64,000 nt of DNA from contig OZ037835.1 in assembly GCA_964035575.1 (NCBI GenBank), forward strand, positions 1,612,001 through 1,676,000, in the 5' to 3' direction. Position numbers and translations under genes: made by a program. This stretch comes from Rhynchopus sp. YZ270_cl-10 (Eukaryota). Below the pieces are notes generated by a model, which saw nothing but the letters and a program-made list of their open reading frames with translations, was not told where the DNA came from and did no database searches. Of the stretch, positions 34,723 to 45,490 are shown in pieces; the first letter of the stretch is position 1; every line of letters begins with the position of its first letter.

Positions 34723-36237
34723 ATGATGATATGCGCGCTGCTGCTGTGCGTGGAAGCTGTGCTGCCTGCGTGCACAGGTACAACCGCTCCGGCGTGTCGG
34801 TACGAATTCTCGAGTGCACCCCCTGGTTCTTTCGGAAGTGCCGACTTCTCACCGGACGGGCTACTGATTGCAACCTCAGCTGGTTGGCTGTCTGATCCCG
34901 TGGTGCGGAGCACACAAGACGGCTCTGTGGTGGCAGTGCTTCCAGCTGAAGGGCCCAAGAAGTCTGTGCTCTTCTCACCCAACGGGCAGGAGATTGTAGT
35001 TGCATGCAACAATCGTGTGCTAGTGTTCAGCACGACAACTTGGCAACAGCTGCATGTGATCTTTGTTACGGATGATATCTCTGACGTGGCCTACTCGCAC
35101 GACAGTGCTCATCTCGCTGTGGCCACCTACACTTTCGGCGCAGTGTACACGACCAGCGGGACCCTCGTCGCGAATTTCACTGGACACGGCGAGACGATCA
35201 GTGTTGCCTTCTCTCACGATGATTCGCAAGTTGTGAGTGGCGGAGCGGACAAAAAGGCCCGCGTGTGGTCCTCCACCACCGCTGTTGAGTCGTTTGCGAT
35301 GACACACGAGGCTCAGGTCTATTCAGTTGCGTGGTCGGATGATGGGAAGCTGATTGCGACCGCAAGCCAAGAAATCACTGGGGTGACTGGCCATCAATAC
35401 AATGCGGCAAAGCTGTGGGACGCGCGAGATGGATCGGAGTTAACGACGTTTTCTCCCAGTTACCCCGCCCGTGTTGTGTTTGCTCCGTCCAGTAAGCAGG
35501 TGGCTGTTGGGGAAGCGTCAATTCCTGGGGGTGAAAGTACAAAGAGAGTGACGTTGTTCGGAACGGAGGCACCTTACGCATCACAAGCAGTGTACCCTGT
35601 CGGCGGTGTTTGCCTTTCCTATTCAAAGCAAGGTGATTTGTTGGCCATGTGTAGTATTTTCTCACGCACACTGACGGTTTGGGACGTGCTCCCGGGAACT
35701 GATCCGTCGTGCCCTGCGTCAGGTGTGGTCGTGTCTGTGGGAGGTGCCCCGGTTGCAGGCGTGCCCGTGTCGGCAGCGGCGCTGAACGAAGTGGTGGCGG
35801 GACCGGTCTTCAGCCTCTCGGTGCTGCCGCCCCCGATGCGCAACGGTGCGTTCCACTTTGCGAACAGCGTGGTGCCGGCCACAACCGACATCGAGCTGTC
35901 GTGCTGCGGCTCCGCGACCGCATGCGAGTTCTACGTTGTGTCGTACAACTGTGGCGACTGCATGGCAAGCGACATGAACGGCGGCTTCCCCTCTGTGCTC
36001 CCGACTGCAGGCTTCGACGCAGGCAGCTGCTCTCCGTGGTTCACTGTGAACGATGCCGGACCTGTGGAACACCCGACGGTTGTGCACCACAAGCAGGTTG
36101 CTGCAGGCGACTCGGTGACCGTGACCACCACCAAGCAGGCCCTCTTCTTCGCAGTGTTTGGCGACAACAAGGCCCTCGGAGGGCCGTGGTGCAAGCGTGC
36201 AGCTGGCCCGGCTGTGGGCAACTCATGCCACGCATAG
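34723..36237 (+). CDS. WD40/Cys-rich protein, copy 14
   Basis: Identical translation; (TCCACC)18 at 34567-34674. Confidence 0.9.
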   Translation: MMICALLLCVEAVLPACTGTTAPACRYEFSSAPPGSFGSADFSPDGLLIATSAGWLSDPVVRSTQDGSVVAVLPAEGPKKSVLFSPNGQEIVVACNNRVLVFSTTTWQQLHVIFVTDDISDVAYSHDSAHLAVATYTFGAVYTTSGTLVANFTGHGETISVAFSHDDSQVVSGGADKKARVWSSTTAVESFAMTHEAQVYSVAWSDDGKLIATASQEITGVTGHQYNAAKLWDARDGSELTTFSPSYPARVVFAPSSKQVAVGEASIPGGESTKRVTLFGTEAPYASQAVYPVGGVCLSYSKQGDLLAMCSIFSRTLTVWDVLPGTDPSCPASGVVVSVGGAPVAGVPVSAAALNEVVAGPVFSLSVLPPPMRNGAFHFANSVVPATTDIELSCCGSATACEFYVVSYNCGDCMASDMNGGFPSVLPTAGFDAGSCSPWFTVNDAGPVEHPTVVHHKQVAAGDSVTVTTTKQALFFAVFGDNKALGGPWCKRAAGPAVGNSCHA

Positions 36238-37301
36238 TGCGCTTACCTTTCGTAGGCAGCGTCAAACTTGAGAAGTGACCTTCATTTTTTTTTTTTTTTT
36301 TTTTGAAAAACACCAAACGCTGTTCACAATAATCATATATTGGTGAGAATGAATGGGAAAAGTAACGTTTTTGAGTTTACCCAAGTTTTCCTGTTTAACC
36401 CTTTAGACAGGGGTCCTAAGAGTGGTAACTTTTAGTTAGGGACTTTCCAGGGTTAGAGGTCTCGATGCCACTGTAGGCTTGTTGATCCCGGGTGATAAGA
36501 GATGAGCGCCAGTTGGGCTTGTCTCTCCAGGGGTAGAGCTCTGTGGTCTCATGCATTACTGTTGTATCTATGCTCGGATGTTTTTCGTGTCTGCTTGCAC
36601 TGTTTTTTCTGTCCTGTTACAAGAACACTGATGAGTTTATATGGCCCTGCCTGAGCAGAGTTCTTGATGATCCCGGGTGATAAGACTGAGGGCCGGATGG
36701 GCTCGTCTTTCAAGGGTTAGAGTTCTTGCTCGGGGGATTTTTCGCTCTCTCTGTGGTGTTTGTGTTCTGTTATGTTACTTGTACACTGTTTTGTTTCTTC
36801 CTGTGGCACAAAAGCGGATGAGCTAATGCTGAGTAACCCTGCTTGAGCAGAGTTCTTGATGATCCCGGGTGACTCCAGGGTTAGACTCCAGGGTCTCTTT
36901 TCCTTCCCTCGTACGTCACAATAAAGAGACCCCTTCCCTCGCATTTTTTCACGACATTGTTTTTGGGTTTGGGTAATGTTCACGGGCTATTCTCTATACA
37001 CCAGATCTCCACCTCCACCTCCACCTCCACCTCCACCTCCACCTCCACCTCCACCTCCACCTCCACCTCCACCTCCACCTCCACCTCCACCTCCACCTCC
37101 ACCTCCACCTCCACCTCCACCTCCACCTCCACCTCCACCTCCACCTCCACCTCCACCTCCACCTCCACCTCCACCTCCACCTCCACCTCCACCTCCACCT
37201 CCACCTCCACCTCCACCTCCACCTCCACCTCCACCTCCACCTCCACCTCCACCTCCTCCCCTACCCGAAATCAGACAACAACAGACAACAAGAGAGGTGA
37301 A

Positions 37302-38816
37302 ATGATGATATGCGCGCTGCTGCTGTGCGTGGAAGCTGTGCTGCCTGCGTGCACAGGTACAACCGCTCCGGCGTGTCGGTACGAATTCTCGAGTGCACCC
37401 CCTGGTTCTTTCGGAAGTGCCGACTTCTCACCGGACGGGCTACTGATTGCAACCTCAGCTGGTTGGCTGTCTGATCCCGTGGTGCGGAGCACACAAGACG
37501 GCTCTGTGGTGGCAGTGCTTCCAGCTGAAGGGCCCAAGAAGTCTGTGCTCTTCTCACCCAACGGGCAGGAGATTGTAGTTGCATGCAACAATCGTGTGCT
37601 AGTGTTCAGCACGACAACTTGGCAACAGCTGCATGTGATCTTTGTTACGGATGATATCTCTGACGTGGCCTACTCGCACGACAGTGCTCATCTCGCTGTG
37701 GCCACCTACACTTTCGGCGCAGTGTACACGACCAGCGGGACCCTCGTCGCGAATTTCACTGGACACGGCGAGACGATCAGTGTTGCCTTCTCTCACGATG
37801 ATTCGCAAGTTGTGAGTGGCGGAGCGGACAAAAAGGCCCGCGTGTGGTCCTCCACCACCGCTGTTGAGTCGTTTGCGATGACACACGAGGCTCAGGTCTA
37901 TTCAGTTGCGTGGTCGGATGATGGGAAGCTGATTGCGACCGCAAGCCAAGAAATCACTGGGGTGACTGGCCATCAATACAATGCGGCAAAGCTGTGGGAC
38001 GCGCGAGATGGATCGGAGTTAACGACGTTTTCTCCCAGTTACCCCGCCCGTGTTGTGTTTGCTCCGTCCAGTAAGCAGGTGGCTGTTGGGGAAGCGTCAA
38101 TTCCTGGGGGTGAAAGTACAAAGAGAGTGACGTTGTTCGGAACGGAGGCACCTTACGCATCACAAGCAGTGTACCCTGTCGGCGGTGTTTGCCTTTCCTA
38201 TTCAAAGCAAGGTGATTTGTTGGCCATGTGTAGTATTTTCTCACGCACACTGACGGTTTGGGACGTGCTCCCGGGAACTGATCCGTCGTGCCCTGCGTCA
38301 GGTGTGGTCGTGTCTGTGGGAGGTGCCCCGGTTGCAGGCGTGCCCGTGTCGGCAGCGGCGCTGAACGAAGTGGTGGCGGGACCGGTCTTCAGCCTCTCGG
38401 TGCTGCCGCCCCCGATGCGCAACGGTGCGTTCCACTTTGCGAACAGCGTGGTGCCGGCCACAACCGACATCGAGCTGTCGTGCTGCGGCTCCGCGACCGC
38501 ATGCGAGTTCTACGTTGTGTCGTACAACTGTGGCGACTGCATGGCAAGCGACATGAACGGCGGCTTCCCCTCTGTGCTCCCGACTGCAGGCTTCGACGCA
38601 GGCAGCTGCTCTCCGTGGTTCACTGTGAACGATGCCGGACCTGTGGAACACCCGACGGTTGTGCACCACAAGCAGGTTGCTGCAGGCGACTCGGTGACCG
38701 TGACCACCACCAAGCAGGCCCTCTTCTTCGCAGTGTTTGGCGACAACAAGGCCCTCGGAGGGCCGTGGTGCAAGCGTGCAGCTGGCCCGGCTGTGGGCAA
38801 CTCATGCCACGCATAG
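37302..38816 (+). CDS. WD40/Cys-rich protein, copy 15
   Basis: Identical translation; (TCCACC)41 at 37008-37253. Confidence 0.9.
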   Translation: MMICALLLCVEAVLPACTGTTAPACRYEFSSAPPGSFGSADFSPDGLLIATSAGWLSDPVVRSTQDGSVVAVLPAEGPKKSVLFSPNGQEIVVACNNRVLVFSTTTWQQLHVIFVTDDISDVAYSHDSAHLAVATYTFGAVYTTSGTLVANFTGHGETISVAFSHDDSQVVSGGADKKARVWSSTTAVESFAMTHEAQVYSVAWSDDGKLIATASQEITGVTGHQYNAAKLWDARDGSELTTFSPSYPARVVFAPSSKQVAVGEASIPGGESTKRVTLFGTEAPYASQAVYPVGGVCLSYSKQGDLLAMCSIFSRTLTVWDVLPGTDPSCPASGVVVSVGGAPVAGVPVSAAALNEVVAGPVFSLSVLPPPMRNGAFHFANSVVPATTDIELSCCGSATACEFYVVSYNCGDCMASDMNGGFPSVLPTAGFDAGSCSPWFTVNDAGPVEHPTVVHHKQVAAGDSVTVTTTKQALFFAVFGDNKALGGPWCKRAAGPAVGNSCHA

Positions 38817-39862
38817 TGCGCTTACCTTTCGTAGGCAGCGTCAAACTTGAGAAGTGACCTTCATTTTTTTTTTTTTTTTTTTTGAAAAACACCAAACGCT
38901 GTTCACAATAATCATATATTGGTGAGAATGAATGGGAAAAGTAACGTTTTTGAGTTTACCCAAGTTTTCCTGTTTAACCCTTTAGACAGGGGTCCTAAGA
39001 GTGGTAACTTTTAGTTAGGGACTTTCCAGGGTTAGAGGTCTCGATGCCACTGTAGGCTTGTTGATCCCGGGTGATAAGAGATGAGCGCCAGTTGGGCTTG
39101 TCTCTCCAGGGGTAGAGCTCTGTGGTCTCATGCATTACTGTTGTATCTATGCTCGGATGTTTTTCGTGTCTGCTTGCACTGTTTTTTCTGTCCTGTTACA
39201 AGAACACTGATGAGTTTATATGGCCCTGCCTGAGCAGAGTTCTTGATGATCCCGGGTGATAAGACTGAGGGCCGGATGGGCTCGTCTTTCAAGGGTTAGA
39301 GTTCTTGCTCGGGGGATTTTTCGCTCTCTCTGTGGTGTTTGTGTTCTGTTATGTTACTTGTACACTGTTTTGTTTCTTCCTGTGGCACAAAAGCGGATGA
39401 GCTAATGCTGAGTAACCCTGCTTGAGCAGAGTTCTTGATGATCCCGGGTGACTCCAGGGTTAGACTCCAGGGTCTCTTTTCCTTCCCTCGTACGTCACAA
39501 TAAAGAGACCCCTTCCCTCGCATTTTTTCACGACATTGTTTTTGGGTTTGGGTAATGTTCACGGGCTATTCTCTATACACCAGATCTCCACCTCCACCTC
39601 CACCTCCACCTCCACCTCCACCTCCACCTCCACCTCCACCTCCACCTCCACCTCCACCTCCACCTCCACCTCCACCTCCACCTCCACCTCCACCTCCACC
39701 TCCACCTCCACCTCCACCTCCACCTCCACCTCCACCTCCACCTCCACCTCCACCTCCACCTCCACCTCCACCTCCACCTCCACCTCCACCTCCACCTCCA
39801 CCTCCACCTCCACCTCCTCCCCTACCCGAAATCAGACAACAACAGACAACAAGAGAGGTGAA

Positions 39863-41377
39863 ATGATGATATGCGCGCTGCTGCTGTGCGTGGAAGCTGT
39901 GCTGCCTGCGTGCACAGGTACAACCGCTCCGGCGTGTCGGTACGAATTCTCGAGTGCACCCCCTGGTTCTTTCGGAAGTGCCGACTTCTCACCGGACGGG
40001 CTACTGATTGCAACCTCAGCTGGTTGGCTGTCTGATCCCGTGGTGCGGAGCACACAAGACGGCTCTGTGGTGGCAGTGCTTCCAGCTGAAGGGCCCAAGA
40101 AGTCTGTGCTCTTCTCACCCAACGGGCAGGAGATTGTAGTTGCATGCAACAATCGTGTGCTAGTGTTCAGCACGACAACTTGGCAACAGCTGCATGTGAT
40201 CTTTGTTACGGATGATATCTCTGACGTGGCCTACTCGCACGACAGTGCTCATCTCGCTGTGGCCACCTACACTTTCGGCGCAGTGTACACGACCAGCGGG
40301 ACCCTCGTCGCGAATTTCACTGGACACGGCGAGACGATCAGTGTTGCCTTCTCTCACGATGATTCGCAAGTTGTGAGTGGCGGAGCGGACAAAAAGGCCC
40401 GCGTGTGGTCCTCCACCACCGCTGTTGAGTCGTTTGCGATGACACACGAGGCTCAGGTCTATTCAGTTGCGTGGTCGGATGATGGGAAGCTGATTGCGAC
40501 CGCAAGCCAAGAAATCACTGGGGTGACTGGCCATCAATACAATGCGGCAAAGCTGTGGGACGCGCGAGATGGATCGGAGTTAACGACGTTTTCTCCCAGT
40601 TACCCCGCCCGTGTTGTGTTTGCTCCGTCCAGTAAGCAGGTGGCTGTTGGGGAAGCGTCAATTCCTGGGGGTGAAAGTACAAAGAGAGTGACGTTGTTCG
40701 GAACGGAGGCACCTTACGCATCACAAGCAGTGTACCCTGTCGGCGGTGTTTGCCTTTCCTATTCAAAGCAAGGTGATTTGTTGGCCATGTGTAGTATTTT
40801 CTCACGCACACTGACGGTTTGGGACGTGCTCCCGGGAACTGATCCGTCGTGCCCTGCGTCAGGTGTGGTCGTGTCTGTGGGAGGTGCCCCGGTTGCAGGC
40901 GTGCCCGTGTCGGCAGCGGCGCTGAACGAAGTGGTGGCGGGACCGGTCTTCAGCCTCTCGGTGCTGCCGCCCCCGATGCGCAACGGTGCGTTCCACTTTG
41001 CGAACAGCGTGGTGCCGGCCACAACCGACATCGAGCTGTCGTGCTGCGGCTCCGCGACCGCATGCGAGTTCTACGTTGTGTCGTACAACTGTGGCGACTG
41101 CATGGCAAGCGACATGAACGGCGGCTTCCCCTCTGTGCTCCCGACTGCAGGCTTCGACGCAGGCAGCTGCTCTCCGTGGTTCACTGTGAACGATGCCGGA
41201 CCTGTGGAACACCCGACGGTTGTGCACCACAAGCAGGTTGCTGCAGGCGACTCGGTGACCGTGACCACCACCAAGCAGGCCCTCTTCTTCGCAGTGTTTG
41301 GCGACAACAAGGCCCTCGGAGGGCCGTGGTGCAAGCGTGCAGCTGGCCCGGCTGTGGGCAACTCATGCCACGCATAG
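39863..41377 (+). CDS. WD40/Cys-rich protein, copy 16
   Basis: Identical translation; (TCCACC)38 at 39587-39814. Confidence 0.9.
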   Translation: MMICALLLCVEAVLPACTGTTAPACRYEFSSAPPGSFGSADFSPDGLLIATSAGWLSDPVVRSTQDGSVVAVLPAEGPKKSVLFSPNGQEIVVACNNRVLVFSTTTWQQLHVIFVTDDISDVAYSHDSAHLAVATYTFGAVYTTSGTLVANFTGHGETISVAFSHDDSQVVSGGADKKARVWSSTTAVESFAMTHEAQVYSVAWSDDGKLIATASQEITGVTGHQYNAAKLWDARDGSELTTFSPSYPARVVFAPSSKQVAVGEASIPGGESTKRVTLFGTEAPYASQAVYPVGGVCLSYSKQGDLLAMCSIFSRTLTVWDVLPGTDPSCPASGVVVSVGGAPVAGVPVSAAALNEVVAGPVFSLSVLPPPMRNGAFHFANSVVPATTDIELSCCGSATACEFYVVSYNCGDCMASDMNGGFPSVLPTAGFDAGSCSPWFTVNDAGPVEHPTVVHHKQVAAGDSVTVTTTKQALFFAVFGDNKALGGPWCKRAAGPAVGNSCHA

Positions 41378-42345
41378 TGCGCTTACCTTTCGTAGGCAGC
41401 GTCAAACTTGAGAAGTGACCTTCATTTTTTTTTTTTTTTTTTTTGAAAAACACCAAACGCTGTTCACAATAATCATATATTGGTGAGAATGAATGGGAAA
41501 AGTAACGTTTTTGAGTTTACCCAAGTTTTCCTGTTTAACCCTTTAGACAGGGGTCCTAAGAGTGGTAACTTTTAGTTAGGGACTTTCCAGGGTTAGAGGT
41601 CTCGATGCCACTGTAGGCTTGTTGATCCCGGGTGATAAGAGATGAGCGCCAGTTGGGCTTGTCTCTCCAGGGGTAGAGCTCTGTGGTCTCATGCATTACT
41701 GTTGTATCTATGCTCGGATGTTTTTCGTGTCTGCTTGCACTGTTTTTTCTGTCCTGTTACAAGAACACTGATGAGTTTATATGGCCCTGCCTGAGCAGAG
41801 TTCTTGATGATCCCGGGTGATAAGACTGAGGGCCGGATGGGCTCGTCTTTCAAGGGTTAGAGTTCTTGCTCGGGGGATTTTTCGCTCTCTCTGTGGTGTT
41901 TGTGTTCTGTTATGTTACTTGTACACTGTTTTGTTTCTTCCTGTGGCACAAAAGCGGATGAGCTAATGCTGAGTAACCCTGCTTGAGCAGAGTTCTTGAT
42001 GATCCCGGGTGACTCCAGGGTTAGACTCCAGGGTCTCTTTTCCTTCCCTCGTACGTCACAATAAAGAGACCCCTTCCCTCGCATTTTTTCACGACATTGT
42101 TTTTGGGTTTGGGTAATGTTCACGGGCTATTCTCTATACACCAGATCTCCACCTCCACCTCCACCTCCACCTCCACCTCCACCTCCACCTCCACCTCCAC
42201 CTCCACCTCCACCTCCACCTCCACCTCCACCTCCACCTCCACCTCCACCTCCACCTCCACCTCCACCTCCACCTCCACCTCCACCTCCACCTCCACCTCC
42301 TCCCCTACCCGAAATCAGACAACAACAGACAACAAGAGAGGTGAA

Positions 42346-43860
42346 ATGATGATATGCGCGCTGCTGCTGTGCGTGGAAGCTGTGCTGCCTGCGTGCACAG
42401 GTACAACCGCTCCGGCGTGTCGGTACGAATTCTCGAGTGCACCCCCTGGTTCTTTCGGAAGTGCCGACTTCTCACCGGACGGGCTACTGATTGCAACCTC
42501 AGCTGGTTGGCTGTCTGATCCCGTGGTGCGGAGCACACAAGACGGCTCTGTGGTGGCAGTGCTTCCAGCTGAAGGGCCCAAGAAGTCTGTGCTCTTCTCA
42601 CCCAACGGGCAGGAGATTGTAGTTGCATGCAACAATCGTGTGCTAGTGTTCAGCACGACAACTTGGCAACAGCTGCATGTGATCTTTGTTACGGATGATA
42701 TCTCTGACGTGGCCTACTCGCACGACAGTGCTCATCTCGCTGTGGCCACCTACACTTTCGGCGCAGTGTACACGACCAGCGGGACCCTCGTCGCGAATTT
42801 CACTGGACACGGCGAGACGATCAGTGTTGCCTTCTCTCACGATGATTCGCAAGTTGTGAGTGGCGGAGCGGACAAAAAGGCCCGCGTGTGGTCCTCCACC
42901 ACCGCTGTTGAGTCGTTTGCGATGACACACGAGGCTCAGGTCTATTCAGTTGCGTGGTCGGATGATGGGAAGCTGATTGCGACCGCAAGCCAAGAAATCA
43001 CTGGGGTGACTGGCCATCAATACAATGCGGCAAAGCTGTGGGACGCGCGAGATGGATCGGAGTTAACGACGTTTTCTCCCAGTTACCCCGCCCGTGTTGT
43101 GTTTGCTCCGTCCAGTAAGCAGGTGGCTGTTGGGGAAGCGTCAATTCCTGGGGGTGAAAGTACAAAGAGAGTGACGTTGTTCGGAACGGAGGCACCTTAC
43201 GCATCACAAGCAGTGTACCCTGTCGGCGGTGTTTGCCTTTCCTATTCAAAGCAAGGTGATTTGTTGGCCATGTGTAGTATTTTCTCACGCACACTGACGG
43301 TTTGGGACGTGCTCCCGGGAACTGATCCGTCGTGCCCTGCGTCAGGTGTGGTCGTGTCTGTGGGAGGTGCCCCGGTTGCAGGCGTGCCCGTGTCGGCAGC
43401 GGCGCTGAACGAAGTGGTGGCGGGACCGGTCTTCAGCCTCTCGGTGCTGCCGCCCCCGATGCGCAACGGTGCGTTCCACTTTGCGAACAGCGTGGTGCCG
43501 GCCACAACCGACATCGAGCTGTCGTGCTGCGGCTCCGCGACCGCATGCGAGTTCTACGTTGTGTCGTACAACTGTGGCGACTGCATGGCAAGCGACATGA
43601 ACGGCGGCTTCCCCTCTGTGCTCCCGACTGCAGGCTTCGACGCAGGCAGCTGCTCTCCGTGGTTCACTGTGAACGATGCCGGACCTGTGGAACACCCGAC
43701 GGTTGTGCACCACAAGCAGGTTGCTGCAGGCGACTCGGTGACCGTGACCACCACCAAGCAGGCCCTCTTCTTCGCAGTGTTTGGCGACAACAAGGCCCTC
43801 GGAGGGCCGTGGTGCAAGCGTGCAGCTGGCCCGGCTGTGGGCAACTCATGCCACGCATAG
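42346..43860 (+). CDS. WD40/Cys-rich protein, copy 17
   Basis: Identical translation; (TCCACC)25 at 42148-42297. Confidence 0.9.
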   Translation: MMICALLLCVEAVLPACTGTTAPACRYEFSSAPPGSFGSADFSPDGLLIATSAGWLSDPVVRSTQDGSVVAVLPAEGPKKSVLFSPNGQEIVVACNNRVLVFSTTTWQQLHVIFVTDDISDVAYSHDSAHLAVATYTFGAVYTTSGTLVANFTGHGETISVAFSHDDSQVVSGGADKKARVWSSTTAVESFAMTHEAQVYSVAWSDDGKLIATASQEITGVTGHQYNAAKLWDARDGSELTTFSPSYPARVVFAPSSKQVAVGEASIPGGESTKRVTLFGTEAPYASQAVYPVGGVCLSYSKQGDLLAMCSIFSRTLTVWDVLPGTDPSCPASGVVVSVGGAPVAGVPVSAAALNEVVAGPVFSLSVLPPPMRNGAFHFANSVVPATTDIELSCCGSATACEFYVVSYNCGDCMASDMNGGFPSVLPTAGFDAGSCSPWFTVNDAGPVEHPTVVHHKQVAAGDSVTVTTTKQALFFAVFGDNKALGGPWCKRAAGPAVGNSCHA

Positions 43861-44966
43861 TGCGCTTACCTTTCGTAGGCAGCGTCAAACTTGAGAAGTG
43901 ACCTTCATTTTTTTTTTTTTTTTTTTTGAAAAACACCAAACGCTGTTCACAATAATCATATATTGGTGAGAATGAATGGGAAAAGTAACGTTTTTGAGTT
44001 TACCCAAGTTTTCCTGTTTAACCCTTTAGACAGGGGTCCTAAGAGTGGTAACTTTTAGTTAGGGACTTTCCAGGGTTAGAGGTCTCGATGCCACTGTAGG
44101 CTTGTTGATCCCGGGTGATAAGAGATGAGCGCCAGTTGGGCTTGTCTCTCCAGGGGTAGAGCTCTGTGGTCTCATGCATTACTGTTGTATCTATGCTCGG
44201 ATGTTTTTCGTGTCTGCTTGCACTGTTTTTTCTGTCCTGTTACAAGAACACTGATGAGTTTATATGGCCCTGCCTGAGCAGAGTTCTTGATGATCCCGGG
44301 TGATAAGACTGAGGGCCGGATGGGCTCGTCTTTCAAGGGTTAGAGTTCTTGCTCGGGGGATTTTTCGCTCTCTCTGTGGTGTTTGTGTTCTGTTATGTTA
44401 CTTGTACACTGTTTTGTTTCTTCCTGTGGCACAAAAGCGGATGAGCTAATGCTGAGTAACCCTGCTTGAGCAGAGTTCTTGATGATCCCGGGTGACTCCA
44501 GGGTTAGACTCCAGGGTCTCTTTTCCTTCCCTCGTACGTCACAATAAAGAGACCCCTTCCCTCGCATTTTTTCACGACATTGTTTTTGGGTTTGGGTAAT
44601 GTTCACGGGCTATTCTCTATACACCAGATCTCCACCTCCACCTCCACCTCCACCTCCACCTCCACCTCCACCTCCACCTCCACCTCCACCTCCACCTCCA
44701 CCTCCACCTCCACCTCCACCTCCACCTCCACCTCCACCTCCACCTCCACCTCCACCTCCACCTCCACCTCCACCTCCACCTCCACCTCCACCTCCACCTC
44801 CACCTCCACCTCCACCTCCACCTCCACCTCCACCTCCACCTCCACCTCCACCTCCACCTCCACCTCCACCTCCACCTCCACCTCCACCTCCACCTCCACC
44901 TCCACCTCCACCTCCACCTCCTCCCCTACCCGAAATCAGACAACAACAGACAACAAGAGAGGTGAA

Positions 44967-45235
44967 ATGATGATATGCGCGCTGCTGCTGTGCGTGGAAG
45001 CTGTGCTGCCTGCGTGCACAGGTACAACCGCTCCGGCGTGTCGGTACGAATTCTCGAGTGCACCCCCTGGTTCTTTCGGAAGTGCCGACTTCTCACCGGA
45101 CGGGCTACTGATTGCAACCTCAGCTGGTTGGCTGTCTGATCCCGTGGTGCGGAGCACACAAGACGGCTCTGTGGTGGCAGTGCTTCCAGCTGAAGGGCCC
45201 AAGAAGTCTGTGCTCTTCTCACCCAACGGGCAGGA
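44967..45235 (+). pseudogene. 3'-truncated WD40 copy 18 (first ~89 codons)
   Basis: Identity ends at ...cccaacgggcagga (45235) and unrelated T-rich sequence follows; (TCCACC)48 at 44631-44918. Confidence 0.92.
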
Positions 45236-45490
45236 CCATAAAGATCTTAAGGAAGATATTTGTGTTTTTTCAGGATTCCTGGAAATCCTGACACTTTGTG
45301 TTTTTTTTCTTCAGGATTTTTCAAGATCCTGACAATTTGTGTTTTTTTTTTTTTTTTTTACCAGGGGGCTTCTCTATGTTGTAGGCATACAGAGGTACAG
45401 ATTTTACAGACCGGGGCCGCAACTGGCTGGGATGTCACGAAACTGACAAAAAAAGTGGTTTTCGACCTTTTTTTTTGGCCTGCTGTACAG

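Larger units (their letters stand above)
1849..45235 (+). repeat. Tandem gene array: 17 full units plus 1 truncated unit, 2417-2621 bp each (~2333 bp invariant + (TCCACC)14-48)
   Basis: The same ORF set recurs with ATG-to-ATG spacings 2465, 2586, 2417, 2573, 2531, 2525, 2508, 2513, 2458, 2585, 2543, 2555, 2441, 2579, 2561, 2483 and 2621. Confidence 0.98.

Noticed and set aside
1849..45235. The array as a pure assembly artefact
   Set aside because: Unit-specific tract lengths, private variants and distinct left and right junctions argue for real copies, although the exact number needs read support.
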